Shown here piece after piece: positions 1 through 12,238 of a DNA stretch of 64,000 nucleotides. This stretch comes from Bugula neritina (taxonomy: Eukaryota; Animalia; Bryozoa). Within the stretch, counting starts at the first letter, position 1; each line of letters starts with the position of its first letter. The stretch covers positions 14,817,133-14,881,132 of the forward strand of contig OZ037771.1 in assembly GCA_964035545.1 (NCBI GenBank), in the 5' to 3' direction. Under the pieces are notes generated by a model. That model worked only from the letters and a program-made list of their open reading frames with translations. It ran no database searches and was not told the DNA's origin. A program made the position numbers and the translations under genes.

Positions 1-1399
1 TATTTAAATATAGTTCATTTTGCAGAACCAAAGTTCTAAAGCTCTATCAATTTTTTTCTATTAAAAAGCAGAAGCTAATGATACAGTCTATTGACTTTTG
101 CTTAAAAATATTTCAAAGTTACTATAAAATAGAAACCTGCTGTGTCCAAATCGCAAATCTATAAAAGAGCTCTTCACCCATTCTAGTGAAGAACATAATG
201 AAAATTTATTGCTAAAGCTGTCTCTGAAGCAAGAATCCTATTGGCTCATTATTGCTGCATGAAAACATACAAGTTGTTACAATATAGCAAAATAATTTTA
301 CCTAGAGATATAAGACATTCAAGGTTTGGTCTTTGTACTATAGGAGAGTTTAACATATTATTATGTATGCAGATTTTGACCAATTCTGGTAAGTTCTAGT
401 ATATTCTATAGTAAGTTTCAACAGGATCTATAACAAGTTCTAGCAAGTTCTTGTAGGTGCTTATAGCAAGTTCAAAGATAATCTAACTCAGCAAAGCTTT
501 TACATGCTACATGAGATATCCAATGTCATTTCTAGAAAGCACTGAAGTGTCATCAAATAACTGGCTCTCCAGATTTGAATGTTCGAAGAAAAGGATGCAG
601 TAGCTTGCATTTTACCAGCCAGCTGGCTTTTCTTATATTGAGTGATTAAGTTACCCTGGATACACTTTCATTGTATACCTGTATCTTAGCAACACATGTT
701 ACTTTCTCAGCTTGAAATACTAAATTCAATAAACATAAAACCAAAACAAAATAAATTTGTTATAAGACCTCCTAAAACTAAACTTTTGATGCTTTTTGAT
801 GTTCTATAAATTTTAGAATTGAGGATTAGAGCTAATAAAAACAAGTTAGGTTGTTCTGGTATTGGTTAGACAACTCCGACTGGGAACAAAGAGATAAATA
901 ATGCAATTATTTAGTTTTGAATAATTGCTGATTCATCTTTTACAGGTTAAATTTTTTAGTTCTGCTATACAAAGTTTATTATACGTAGAAAGAAAGTGTT
1001 GTAACAAAGCTGTTCACTTAAATATTATGTTAATAGCTTCTTACTGTGTGTAAATGAAAGCATTTAGCCAGTGCCAGTCATTTAGCTTATTTATAAATTG
1101 TTAAACAAAATACTAAAAATCTGTAAGTAATGTCAAATTGATTAAAATAGAATTTCTTTTATCTTTATGATTTGCGCCATAACTAAGTGATCCCTTGACA
1201 GTTTCATTCTACAATGTCTACGGCAAGGTGAACAATAGTCGAGCACTTGTTAAATGGGCGGTGCATTTATCAGCTTATCGTGAAGCACATCATCACTATT
1301 ATACGAGGGAGTTGAAGCGTGATGCGTATCATTAGTAGCTAGGTACAGGTAGTCAAAGTGCTACTCACCAGTACATCAAATGCTCGGGAAAGTCTAGTT

Positions 1400-1537
1400 G
1401 GTTACTCGAGACGGTGGAAACCAGGAAATCTTTCAGATGATGTGGAACTTTCCAGAGAATGATTGCCACGTCACCAAAGTTTAGAAAACGCTGCATAAAA
1501 CATGTCACTCTAAAGAAACTTCACAAAGCTTTTCCAG
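1400..1537 (+). other. Probable 5' UTR exon of gene A (start approximate)
   Basis: Locally GC-richer segment ending in a strong donor CAG|GTAAGT at 1537/1538. Acceptor TTACAG at 4559 precedes the coding exon. No in-frame upstream ATG in the frame that joins the CDS. Confidence 0.35.
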
Positions 1538-1848
1538 GTAAGTTGAAGTTTTCTTTATTATGGTATTGAAAAGTGTAATGGAGATGTTTGGTTTTACCAA
1601 GACTAATTTAGAAATATTCACTTTGTTGTAACAATGAAGTAGAGTGATTTCTGGTCAGATGTACATAGATGTGGTAAAAGTTGTTCTTCAATTTCAAGTG
1701 TCTCTTGAGTCAATTGAAAACAGAAATTAAAGGATATGCCAGCATGGTACAACTTTATGCTGTTTTCATATATTTTGCTTATCATTGTTCAATAAAAAAT
1801 ATTATCAGTTGATTTCTTGCTTGCAACTATAATACTTGGGAGCTTTGA

Positions 1849-2005
1849 GGGAGCAGCGGTGGTCTAGAGGGCTTAGTAAATATGAAGTCATAGGTTCGAG
1901 CCGACAAAGGCCATTGATGATGGTAAAAAGAGCGTCCAGTTATAATTGCTCATGTGCACCCTCTGAATAAATATTTAGCTCACTTTAACAAAAAACCCCT
2001 TTCAT
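1849..2005 (+). mobile_element. tRNA-derived SINE family 1 copy (truncated)
   Basis: GGGAGCAGCGGTGGTCTA head, B-box GGTTCGAGCC, core ccattgatgatggtaaaaagagcgtccagttataattgctc shared with five other copies. Confidence 0.7.
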
Positions 2006-4593
2006 CAATTATAGTTTTCACACTGGATGGTGCCTATAAACTTTATGAAAACCATATAGGACTTGGGGATTTTTTGCAAGTATGCTTTTAACTAAAAATT
2101 GAAAGAATTGAAAAAAAATGGCAGTAGACAAGTTTGTTCTTAAAAAAAATCCTTAAACATAACTGAAGCCTCTTGCATATTAGAGTTTCCATCCCTGTGA
2201 GAATCATTTCTTGCTGGTATTTTTGAAATTTCGTGTTTACTATGCCCGTGCTCTGGCAACTAGACCACAGCTGTTTCCACACCTGTATTTAGAACAAAAA
2301 TATTAACTATTAATTTTTAAGTTAGCAACACTCATAAGATATTTTGTTTACTATTATATTATCTTTAAATGGTCTTTCCACATTCTAGATGCTGCATTTA
2401 TACCTGTTCTAATTACTATTTTGCTTTGCATTGTACAAATGCATCTATTCAGATAGCAATAAGAAACGTTGATAATGTTGCAGTTACGATACGGCCACTC
2501 CCAACTTTTTCAGTGCAAGTAGATTGTTATGACTGCTCCTTAACCATGACTCATCACCACTTGATCCCACCTGTGGTCACCTAATTGCAGATTAATTCCT
2601 CACTGTATAACGGTAACTCAATGGCATTGAAAGCCGTAGAGTCTGCGATACAATAGATATGTAGCTTTGCAAATATTTGCTTTGAATTTTATAGATAGTT
2701 TATCTTTGGCATCTATAAACCTTCTCGCTTTGTTCAAATAGCCTTAAGTCTTACTATTCCCAACTAAAAGCAACTTATAACTTAAAGCTGTTATATATAT
2801 ATTAACGTATGATTCAGTTATTAAAATCGAATATTCAGTTAAAGCCTTGTCTATGTAACGACGGAATTCTGCTTTGATATAGCTGTTTGCAAACAGTTTC
2901 TACTATACCATGCTAGAAAGAAACACATTGCAAAAAATATTTTTGGAAACCATCACAATTATCATAATTATTACATCTTAATAGACAAATATAATTTTTT
3001 GCGTATATTGTAAGATTGAAAGTTGTTCAGATAATAAAAATCAGTTCACTTCAATTCACTAACCAGAGTAGTTAAAAAATTTCAACTTTGGATAATAAAA
3101 CAAGAATTCCATGTAGAATTTTGCCGTTTCAAAGTTTCAAATAAAATGCTCAATTAGGTAAAATTTTAGTTATTGTTAGAAATAAATGAAATTTAATTCA
3201 GTAAACAGTAAAATTCAGCGCTTTCATTAAAAAATGTAAAGCTTGACTTATAAGGAAAAGATCATACAACTATATAACAATAATATACTTAGTGCCATAG
3301 ATAATATAAACCACTGCTTTGCACTAATAATAATACAAGTATTTTTGCTCTATGGGAAGCAGCTATGACAACACAATTAATTTTTCGATTCAAATTCAGA
3401 GTAGGCTACCATTAGTAAGCCATCTACCATAATGTGAATGATAATTGTATCATGGCTAGTCCAGCTATTAAGAGGCTTTTCCAACATTACCTAATTTTCA
3501 TTTAATGTTATTTCTTAAACTTTCATCAGCCAAAGGGACTAGTTGTACCCAAAGTTTTCCTCATTCTTTTTGGTTACTCTACAAGTTTATTTGTCAGATT
3601 TGAAAAGTGATATTGATTAACTCACTTCCACATTTACTCCCTGTCCCCACTTGTTGTCATGACTACAATGTAAATATGGTGTGAGTCATGCTTTGGTGAC
3701 TCACCTGACAGACAGGTGTGGAACAGCTCTACCTAATAGTATCATTGTATGCTATAAGATTTAGGTTAAATATAATACCTTACAATATTCTATTATTGCT
3801 AGTATAGTAATCTCCCACATTATAGAGATAATCATTAGCATATTATATCAACATAAAAACATTTAGCTAATGGCATTTAGGTTAATGTAAATGCTGTGAA
3901 GAAATATTGTGCTGCGATGTAGCATTCTTTTTCTCACCTATTCTCATTTATCTCCCCTTTGTCCCATTCTGGTAGCGGACATTTAAGGTGCTATAAGATA
4001 ACTTGTCTATCAGAGCAATGTAGCCTAATGTTATATAAATAAATGGCCCATGAATTGAAAGACAGTTTTGCTTTATGGAGATATTTTCTTTCGGAAAGTT
4101 GGAAACTTGTACAGAAATGAAATTGCGAAAAATGATGCAATATAGCTGTAAATGTATTACATTACGCTGTAATTTAAGTTTTTGTCCAGTAGTATCATTA
4201 ATTGCTCCATGTTTACATATTTAAAATTATTAAGTAGCTTATAAAATATTAATAATAGCTGGGTGATAACGTTTCATACTAAAAACTGTTATTCTGAGAA
4301 ATTGCAGACCTGCTTTGTTTGCGTTGCTTTGCTCTGCTAGAATAGAAAATTACAATTAATTTAAGCTTTGAAATATTCAAGTCTCAAAGGTGGTATTCTA
4401 TTCAATATACAAACATTAGACTAGGTATACAATATAGAATATGAAAAGCTGAATAGAAATCAGAACAATGAGGCTCAGGTCACATAATGTGATGCAATTA
4501 TTCCTGATTATGAATTTGTGAATAGGAAGTATTGATTGTTGTACACTTTCTGCTTACAGTTACACTTTGACAGCAACTATCGCTGCCTTGAGG

Positions 4594-7500
4594 ATGTCGA
4601 GCAGAGTTCAGGATCTGTTCACTGAGCTGCATACGTCAGCTGTCAACAATTTTACTACAGATATTCTGCTGCCTAACCAAACAATAGAACAACAATTAGC
4701 TCCTGGTGCAACTTTGAATGAGGTTTCCCCTAAAGTCATAGGAGCTGTAGTAGGAGGTGCTGTGGGTTGTGTTCTTGTGCTAGCTATAATCATACATGTA
4801 TTGCTACAGGTAAGTTTGTGCTAACTATAATCATACATGTATTGCTACAGGTAAGTTTGTGCTAACTATAATCATACATGTATTGCTACAGGTAAGTTTA
4901 TCTGTACACTGCGTAGCACGCACAAACGCAAGTATTATACTGTAAAAAGTTTAGTTTAAACTATTCATGGATGAGTCAGGTAAAGGTAAAATAGAATAAA
5001 TTAATAGTGATTTATGACACCTGCTTTCACATACCTGCCAGTTTCCATGGCTGCGCATACTTAATGGTTTCTTAGGACAAATAATTTTTCCCCTCAACGG
5101 GCTGCATGGTCTTTATTTCTGTCCTTCTCACCATTATTTAATTTGATAATCAAGATATCACCACTATTGTTACTGAGAGCTATACCCAGCACCAACTATA
5201 GGTCAGCTAAGTTGAACTTTGTTTCTGCAAGCATAGGCTGGACCTCAATATCTGGCAGCAATATGGCAGTTATTTAGCTGCCGTGGCTGTTAAAAGAGAT
5301 GAATTATAAAATTCTTGTTTAGACTCATATTTCAGTTTGCAGCAGCCTTCTGTATAATATTTTGTAACTTTTATGCATTTATATCCTGCGTCCATCATGC
5401 TGTAAAAAGCTACCAATTAAATATTAACAGCTGTTATGCAAGGAGTTGGCTACTTTTTTACAATCGAAGTCTAATTTCTTGACAGAAGCTGGAAAAATTG
5501 ATTCATACTTTTAGTTAAATCTTCTGTTAATAAATTTATAGAAAAAAAAACATCCTTCGGCTCATTTGAGAACCAAACAGTTGAGACAAGATGTCTACAC
5601 TATCAGTGGAGAATCCGGGAAGGAAAGTGGTCAATGGATGCCACAGCTTTGTGAAGAGGGAATTCATATACCTATTGGTAAGTTGAATCAGGTTTTCTCT
5701 GTAAATTATAATAAAATAGCTATAGTTGCAACAATAAAATTCTTAACCAAATGTTATTCTAAAATAAAGTGTAATATTTTTATATCGTTTCATTAATATG
5801 TAGGCTAAACCTACCCTATTTTTTATATGTCCTTTGCAGCTGGTAAAGTTTTGCTCTCCGTGCATATAATATAGGCTAAACAAGGAAATATGATTTGCCA
5901 AGTTAAAAATAAGATATAATAATATAATTCTGCGGGAAAAAAAAAGTTTAATTAAACAATGTTGCTTTGAAACATAAGAAATTCTCGTTAAATTAAATTG
6001 CTATAGCTTGTAGACAAAACTAGTGCATGATACATAATTTACAAACAAATGAATTATAACTGATATAGTCTTTGTAAGTTCTCAAATCTTTAATTTGGGC
6101 TAAAACAAGGTCTTGCATTATGTAAACCACTTATAGCATTGACTTGTTTTAAAGTACATATTATAGGTTTTTTCTCTATTATATAATTATGTGGTTTATA
6201 ACTGAGAAAAAATATAGCATTGAAAGTTCTCTTTAATTTACTCTCAGTTATTTGACAGCTTATAATAGGTTGATTGTTTGTGTTGAAAGTAAAACAGCTT
6301 TTATTTTAAGTACTTAGAAAACAATTATATTTGCTTTTTATAGAAGCTGAAAAAGCTGAGAAATATTCATCTCAACCATCAACTTATGAGTTTCTAAATG
6401 AGGGTTTCACCAGAAGCAACCCTCAAAATACAAAGAATAGTTTTGAGAATCGACTCTACAACCAGCAACATTATGAGCTTAAAGACTCTAAAAATAACGT
6501 AAGTTTAAAAGATAATTTTTTGTTTCTGCAAAAATTATAAATTTAAATGTTTAAAGTTATTATGTTCAAATTTTCATAACTGAATAAAGGCTTTTCAACA
6601 TGAAAAAAAAACAAAATCAATAAAAAATATAGAAAAAATTGGGAAAAACAGGTACAAGTTTAAGTCATAAGAGCAGCCTTAAATTTTGTTTGAAAAAACA
6701 TAACATTTTTCAAGTTATTATTTTGCCTTTTTATTGTAAATATACTTTGTGAACAAGGTAATTTGTAAACTAAAATATTGTTCTTATATTGAAAATTTAG
6801 AAGAGAAGTGGCGCCAGGCTGAGTAGCTTAGGAACTGTACCATCTGACACAGTTTCACAATACCTGGCACCCCCTACCTTGGAAGGGTCCGATGTGATAA
6901 CTAGAGGCACCCCATCTAGAAGAAGTAGAAGGTAAATTATATTATTTCAGTTGAGAGGCCAGAGTATTATAGTATGAGGAAGCTTATAAAACTTCACGCA
7001 AGTTTATTATATTCACTATATCCCTGTGAGAAACCCTGAGAGAAAGGGTTTTTTAAAGCAGGCTAAAGACTTATATTATACAAGAGCAATTATGACTGGA
7101 TGCTTTTCCTAACATCACCAATAGCCTTTACTGCATGGGTATTGAACCCATGACCTAGTGTTTACTTTAAGACAGCGCCTCGACCCCTTAGAAAAAAAGG
7201 GGGGGGAGAGGGGGCTGCTCCCTTAAGCTAACCACTTAGATGAGTATTTGAATAACAGTATACTGGCATTATAAAAGGCTGTGGAATCGAAATGGGAAAA
7301 TGACAATCTGAAACATTTAACTGTCTGGAAATATTTGAGCGCCACATGAGTGCATAAAAAGAGCAGCCATGGTCTATGGGTAAGAGCGATTGTCTAGTAT
7401 ACGAAAATTCATAAGCAGAAGCCATTGGTGATGTTAAGAAGAGCATCAAGTCATAATTACTCCTGTGTCTCATCTAAATAAGTCCTTAGCCCGAGTTTAA

Positions 7501-10500
7501 CAAAAACCCTTTCTATCAGGGGTCCTTACAGGAATAGCGACTATATACAAACTTGCGTGAGTTTTTTATACGAGTGTATAAAAAGCTTTGAGTTTCTTAT
7601 TGCAGAACATTTCTAACCCTCAAAAATTTCCTGATTCCATACGTTAGTGCAAACATGTAGTATGACTATTGCATTGTGTTAAAAATGTTGCATTTTTATA
7701 GTCTAGAAAACATTCCCGTGAATCAGAGAAGGTCCGCAGTTAATAAGAGTGCAACTATGGCATCACAGGATAGTGGCTTTGTGTCTGTAAACTCCATAGC
7801 AACCAGCCCTGTTTCGCCCTCCAGCATCAAAGAGTATCCATGGCAACCAAGCCAACATCCTTCGAAAACTAGAATTGTGCAAGCTAAAGAACTGATTGCA
7901 TGTAAGCTATATAATATGTCACAAGTTGAGGGTGATTAATTAGGCTGAGTTTACATGCAATAATGTCTATGATAAAAGGGACAATGGATTGTTTGTGTGC
8001 AATAGATGTACAAGACTATTGTGGACTATATTAGAGAAAAACCTAATTCTTCTATATCAAAAAGGTTCTCTAAAATCTAGTAACTATTTTCATATATAAG
8101 CTTAGTTACACATGAAGAGTTTTCCCAATGGTTATAAATTCAAACTAACCTAATGTGAGAGCAACTCCAAAAACTATGCATTGAGAAATGCAAACAATCA
8201 CATCAAATAAATTAAATTGGATATAACTTTACAAAACAAATTTGATTAAACAAATATGTAAAGAATTAAATTCATATGTTGGCAAACTTTTTAATCAAAA
8301 TTAGGCATTTAAATGAGCTGAAATATACTCATAATCTTACGTAGATAAATAACATATTACATCAGCTACCGCCGTTATAGAACCCTTATAATAATGCTCT
8401 CTGTTTTGTAGATGCCATAGAGAAATTCTATTCTATGCCAGACAGGCAAGTTGGAAAATGTTATGCTTCCAGCATATTTGCTATTGGAGAATTTGATTGT
8501 AATGGTGGAAGACTGTACCCTGCAGGTGACATGTCAGTTAGTTTGACAATCCCAGCAGGTGCCCTCAAGACCGCACAGCTTGTGTACTTACTGATGTCAT
8601 ATGATAATAATGAGTCAGGGGACCACACAGAAAACTTCTCTCCTACCATTGAATGTGGGCCTGATGGATTGCAATTTGAGGTATGAATCTGTTGGTTAGC
8701 TGTTGCATAACAAAAAAAGTAGTTCGTCACCTTGATTTTGGTCTAATAATTATATCACTAATTGTTGGTTAATTCAATTTTTGAAAAAACCAAAACTGTA
8801 GTAAATTATAACAAGTATTTTAGCTGTATAATAATGTCAATACATTAGGCCTACTTTTTAATTTTTGTATTGGTTTGGAATGCCTAATTTGTATGTTTAC
8901 GTAGTCCCGAAAATTTTTTTTTAGAAACCAGTGGTCTTGACGATGCCACACGCTGCTATAAACATGGAGCTAGAAACTTTGGCTTGTGAGGGAGGTTCTG
9001 CAGAGTGGACTGTTGATTCCAGTGAAACTGGTCCAACTGTGATTCATTCTACTGAAGAAACTGTTTCTATAAACATCCATCACTTTACAGGGTTTAAAAT
9101 GTCACGAATACCAGTTCGAGTGAGTAAAAAATCTTGGAAAAAAACATATTATACCTGACTTGGCGAGCAGGTGTCAAATAACTTTACATTATACTTCAAC
9201 TCCAGCATTGCCCATGTTCTTCACAATCAAGATTATTTAAAACCGTTTTCTACTTCTCAATGTTCATAAAACTGTTGAATACTTTGTTTGTAAAATCCAA
9301 CATTTTTCGAACCACATCATGCATGTATATATAGAGCTATATATTATATTGTCAGAAAAAAACAGAAAAGCTTATATGTTTTCAAGTCTTTAGCTTGTTA
9401 CGGAAGTCTTGCTCACTTGATATGCTCTATAGTTGTTGGTATTGGTTTAAACTTTACCATATTTACTGTTCTTTGAGTTCGGTAATAGTCAAAAACAATA
9501 AGTAGTGTACTTTGTAGCTAAATGACTTAAACATGATCTATGTTTTCTCAATCAAGTTACAACTTCTTGCATTTATTTAATTCTACTACTTGTTTTAGTC
9601 CAAGGGAGTAGGACGTTCAACACCTGTCGCTTCTCAAGGAAAAAAGTTGTCATTTCGAGTTTATACATGTGGAGATAAAGCAAGAATCTACTTCGTCTGC
9701 AGACCCAACTCTTCAAACATGTCTACAAAGGTTAGGACTTACAATAAACTAATAAAAGACCATAAAGTATATCAACCACTCATGCAATTATAATTTTAGT
9801 TTATGATAATGTTAAAATTTACCTTAAAAATGAACTTAGATTTGCACAAATGCTTTTTGTAATGTAAAGCTTTTGTTTTTAGCCAAATTTGTCATATAAA
9901 TTTACTCTATACTTTAGATTGTTATCATTACAAATTAATTCTGCAGATTATTATTATTTTGGAGTTATTCTGCAGATAATTGATAATAAAGAATATGCTC
10001 TTGGATTCCAAAGTGATTCACCCTGGAAAGATTTTTCATTTTTCTGTGGACATGGAGGGTTAGTTATTGAAGCTACCAGAGAAATTCAAAACCAACCAAT
10101 TTTATACAAGGTTTGTGCACCAAGCTCACAGCTTATAAACCTCTGTTATACACTTCATAGACCTTTATCATGGCTTCAACTTAGTTTTTAAATAAACGCA
10201 CATATGGTATAGCCTACAATTTCGTCAAAAATCTTTTTATAATTTTTTAAAATTTGTTGAGTATTGGAAGTTTTTATGAAAGAGAAAAAAATACACATTG
10301 AATTTTGTAATTTTCAACTTTTAATTTATGCTGCTCAATAATAAGTATATTGTTTATTGAAATGCATTAAATTATTAAATGTGAAAAATATACATGATAT
10401 ATTTTGTATCAGGAAAAAATAACAGAAGTGATTCGATCAATAACAAAATTGAAAGGATAAATTTATTTTTCCTGGCAGGACATTTTTTATTGTATACATA

Positions 10501-12165
10501 AAGTCTAGTACATTCCATAACCTGTTATCTGCATGATTATAGTTAGGTATTTACAGTAGCACTGGTTACTTGGTTTTTCACAGTAGCACTAACCAGTTGG
10601 GTATTTACAGTATACCTGATTATAGTTGGGTATTTACAGTAGCAGTGCTTAGCAAGTATTACCTTCTCAGTTCTACCAAGTAAAGTAATTCCCATAATTC
10701 TTATAATGTCGCCAGTCTAACGTAGAGCATACAAATCTATGCTTTTCATATTGTAGAGGTTTCCATTTACTGAAGAAAAAGTGATGAGGGCCAACCATGA
10801 GTCAGTAGAGTTTATTGCTACAGAGACCCCTTTGATACTAAACATCAATGCATTCCAACCCTCGTACAAACCCAACTACACTCAGTTCTGTATCAAGTTA
10901 GACAGAAATTCCACCCCCAGTTCTTTACTAATTGCAGACGAGAGGAGAATTGAGTACGAACAACTTCGGTCTCTTATGGTAAGTGCAAGTTGTCAACTTT
11001 TGTATGAAGTATTCTAATTGAACGCTTGATATAGAGTGCTGAATGGTAAAAACTTTACTCATTATGCTATCTCATGTGCTCACAATAAAGTATTTATAAT
11101 AAGCCATCATTCGCTCTCATATATATTTCAAATTTAGCTCTCATAGGTTTATAATTTATTTTGATAAATACATTTTTGATGCTCTTAGGTCTAATTTATT
11201 TTGGTTTCATACTTTTTGGTTATTTTTTTACTTACCAGTTTTTTTGCCATACTCCTTATTCAATCACATACCTCTATTATGTAGGTACTGTCATATCCCT
11301 ATTATTTGCTCTGGGATATTTATTATTCATTTTTTCAAGACTTTTATTACCCTATAGCGCGGATTTTAAAAGCACACTTTGTGTAACTACATCAAAATAT
11401 TGTTTTTATTCAGTTGAATTTGGAGCTTCAGTCAAGCATATCTTCACACAGACACACAGACACTCTGCTACTGCCTGCGCAGACAAGAAGTTATGGTAGA
11501 TCCATTTCAGACACTTTTGAGCATAACATGACTTCATATAGAACGCCAGAAGAGAACTGTGAGCATGGGTATGTTTAATAACATAAGATAATATATAATA
11601 GTTATACAATATATAATAGTATATTATAATAATAATATAATAATTAATCACAAAACATAACACATCTCACCACCCAATCATAACACAGCAGTGAAAGGTG
11701 AACATAAAATATAATACTCATAACAAATTCAATTTATTATTATGCAATCAACAGCAATACCAAAATAAACACTTTGGATGCCACTAAATTAATTTTTATA
11801 AACACATCAGTTTTAAAAAAAAAATATTTTGCATGAATTTAGTTGTATGAAAAACGAACGGGCAATGTTTAATAGATGTCTGCACTATATTTATCAGAAA
11901 TGACGTTGGCGCCTGCAACTGTTGGCAAGGTGCCAGAAACAGATCTCCCGTCGAGTCAGAATACGAAGAAATAAGCACCCAAGAAATTAGACGTGGTGTC
12001 ACTCACAGACGGAGCAAGGAGAGTGGGTATGAGTCATGTTCAGTCCAGTCGCCCGTCTCTCCACTGAAAGGTCCTGAATCATTGTATGGCGCCCCTTCTT
12101 CTAACATGGAATTGAGTATACATAGCCTACAGGGTGGAAGAAATACTCTCCCAACTGAACTCTAA
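4594..12165 (+). CDS. Gene A: type III single-pass membrane protein with ZU5 and UPA-like domains (UNC5CL-like, no death domain), ~737 aa, 12 coding exons
   Basis: Phase-consistent GT-AG exons: 4594-4809, 5542-5677, 6344-6498, 6801-6931, 7702-7901, 8412-8680, 8925-9119, 9599-9730, 9976-10110, 10757-10978, 11414-11568, 11898-12165 (2214 nt, open to TAA). TM VIGAVVGGAVGCVLVLAIIIHVLL followed by KKK. ZU5 signature AIGEFDCNGGRL..VSLTIPAGA..FSPTIECGPDGLQFEKPVVLTMPH..HFT. UPA-like KEYALGFQSDSPWKDFSF. Ends PTEL*. AATAAA at 12345-12350. Confidence 0.88.
4775..4899 (+). repeat. 41-bp tandem triplication spanning an exon/intron junction of gene A
   Basis: gtgctaRctataatcatacatgtattgctacaggtaagttt x3; donors at 4810, 4851 and 4892. 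Confidence 0.95.
6986..7222 (-). mobile_element. tRNA-derived SINE family 1 copy
   Basis: Reverse complement of the family head (gctgctccc at 7214-7222), core caattatgactggatgcttttcctaacatcaccaat and tail cacgcaagttt. Confidence 0.75.
7360..7570 (+). mobile_element. tRNA-derived SINE family 1 copy
   Basis: gagcagccatggtcta head, core ccattggtgatgttaagaagagcatcaagtcataattactcctgtg, tail aaacttgcgtgag. Confidence 0.75.
10544..10645 (+). repeat. Degenerate minisatellite (ggtatttacagtagca core, ~4 copies)
   Basis: Repeated ggtatttacagta at ~10546, 10600 and 10629, with a variant at ~10572. Confidence 0.7.
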
Positions 12166-12238
12166 ACTTTTAGCATGGAACTGAGTACACACAGCCTACA
12201 GGGTAGAAGAAACACTCTCGATTACAACTGAACTCTAT
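12104..12238 (+). repeat. 69-bp-period tandem duplication of the gene A C-terminal coding end
   Basis: atggaattgagtatacatagcctacagggtggaagaaatactctc (12106) vs atggaactgagtacacacagcctacagggtagaagaaacactctc (12175). Confidence 0.9.

Noticed and set aside
1459-1537. Upstream coding exon extending gene A N-terminus
   Set aside because: ATG 1459 frame splices out of frame and stops at 4568-4570; at most a uORF
4775-4899. CRISPR-like array
   Set aside because: Head-to-tail repeats with no spacers, in eukaryotic DNA
8412-10978. Calling genes A/B true UNC5 netrin receptors, possibly joined to the TSP1 exons downstream
   Set aside because: No Ig/TSP1 ectodomain or death domain in A/B; the TSP1 exons lie downstream and belong to separate genes with their own TATA boxes and signal peptides
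11161-11499. 112-aa hydrophobic ORF resembling a membrane protein
   Set aside because: T-rich intron sequence; the real exon (11414-11568) is in another frame and is supported by paralog homology
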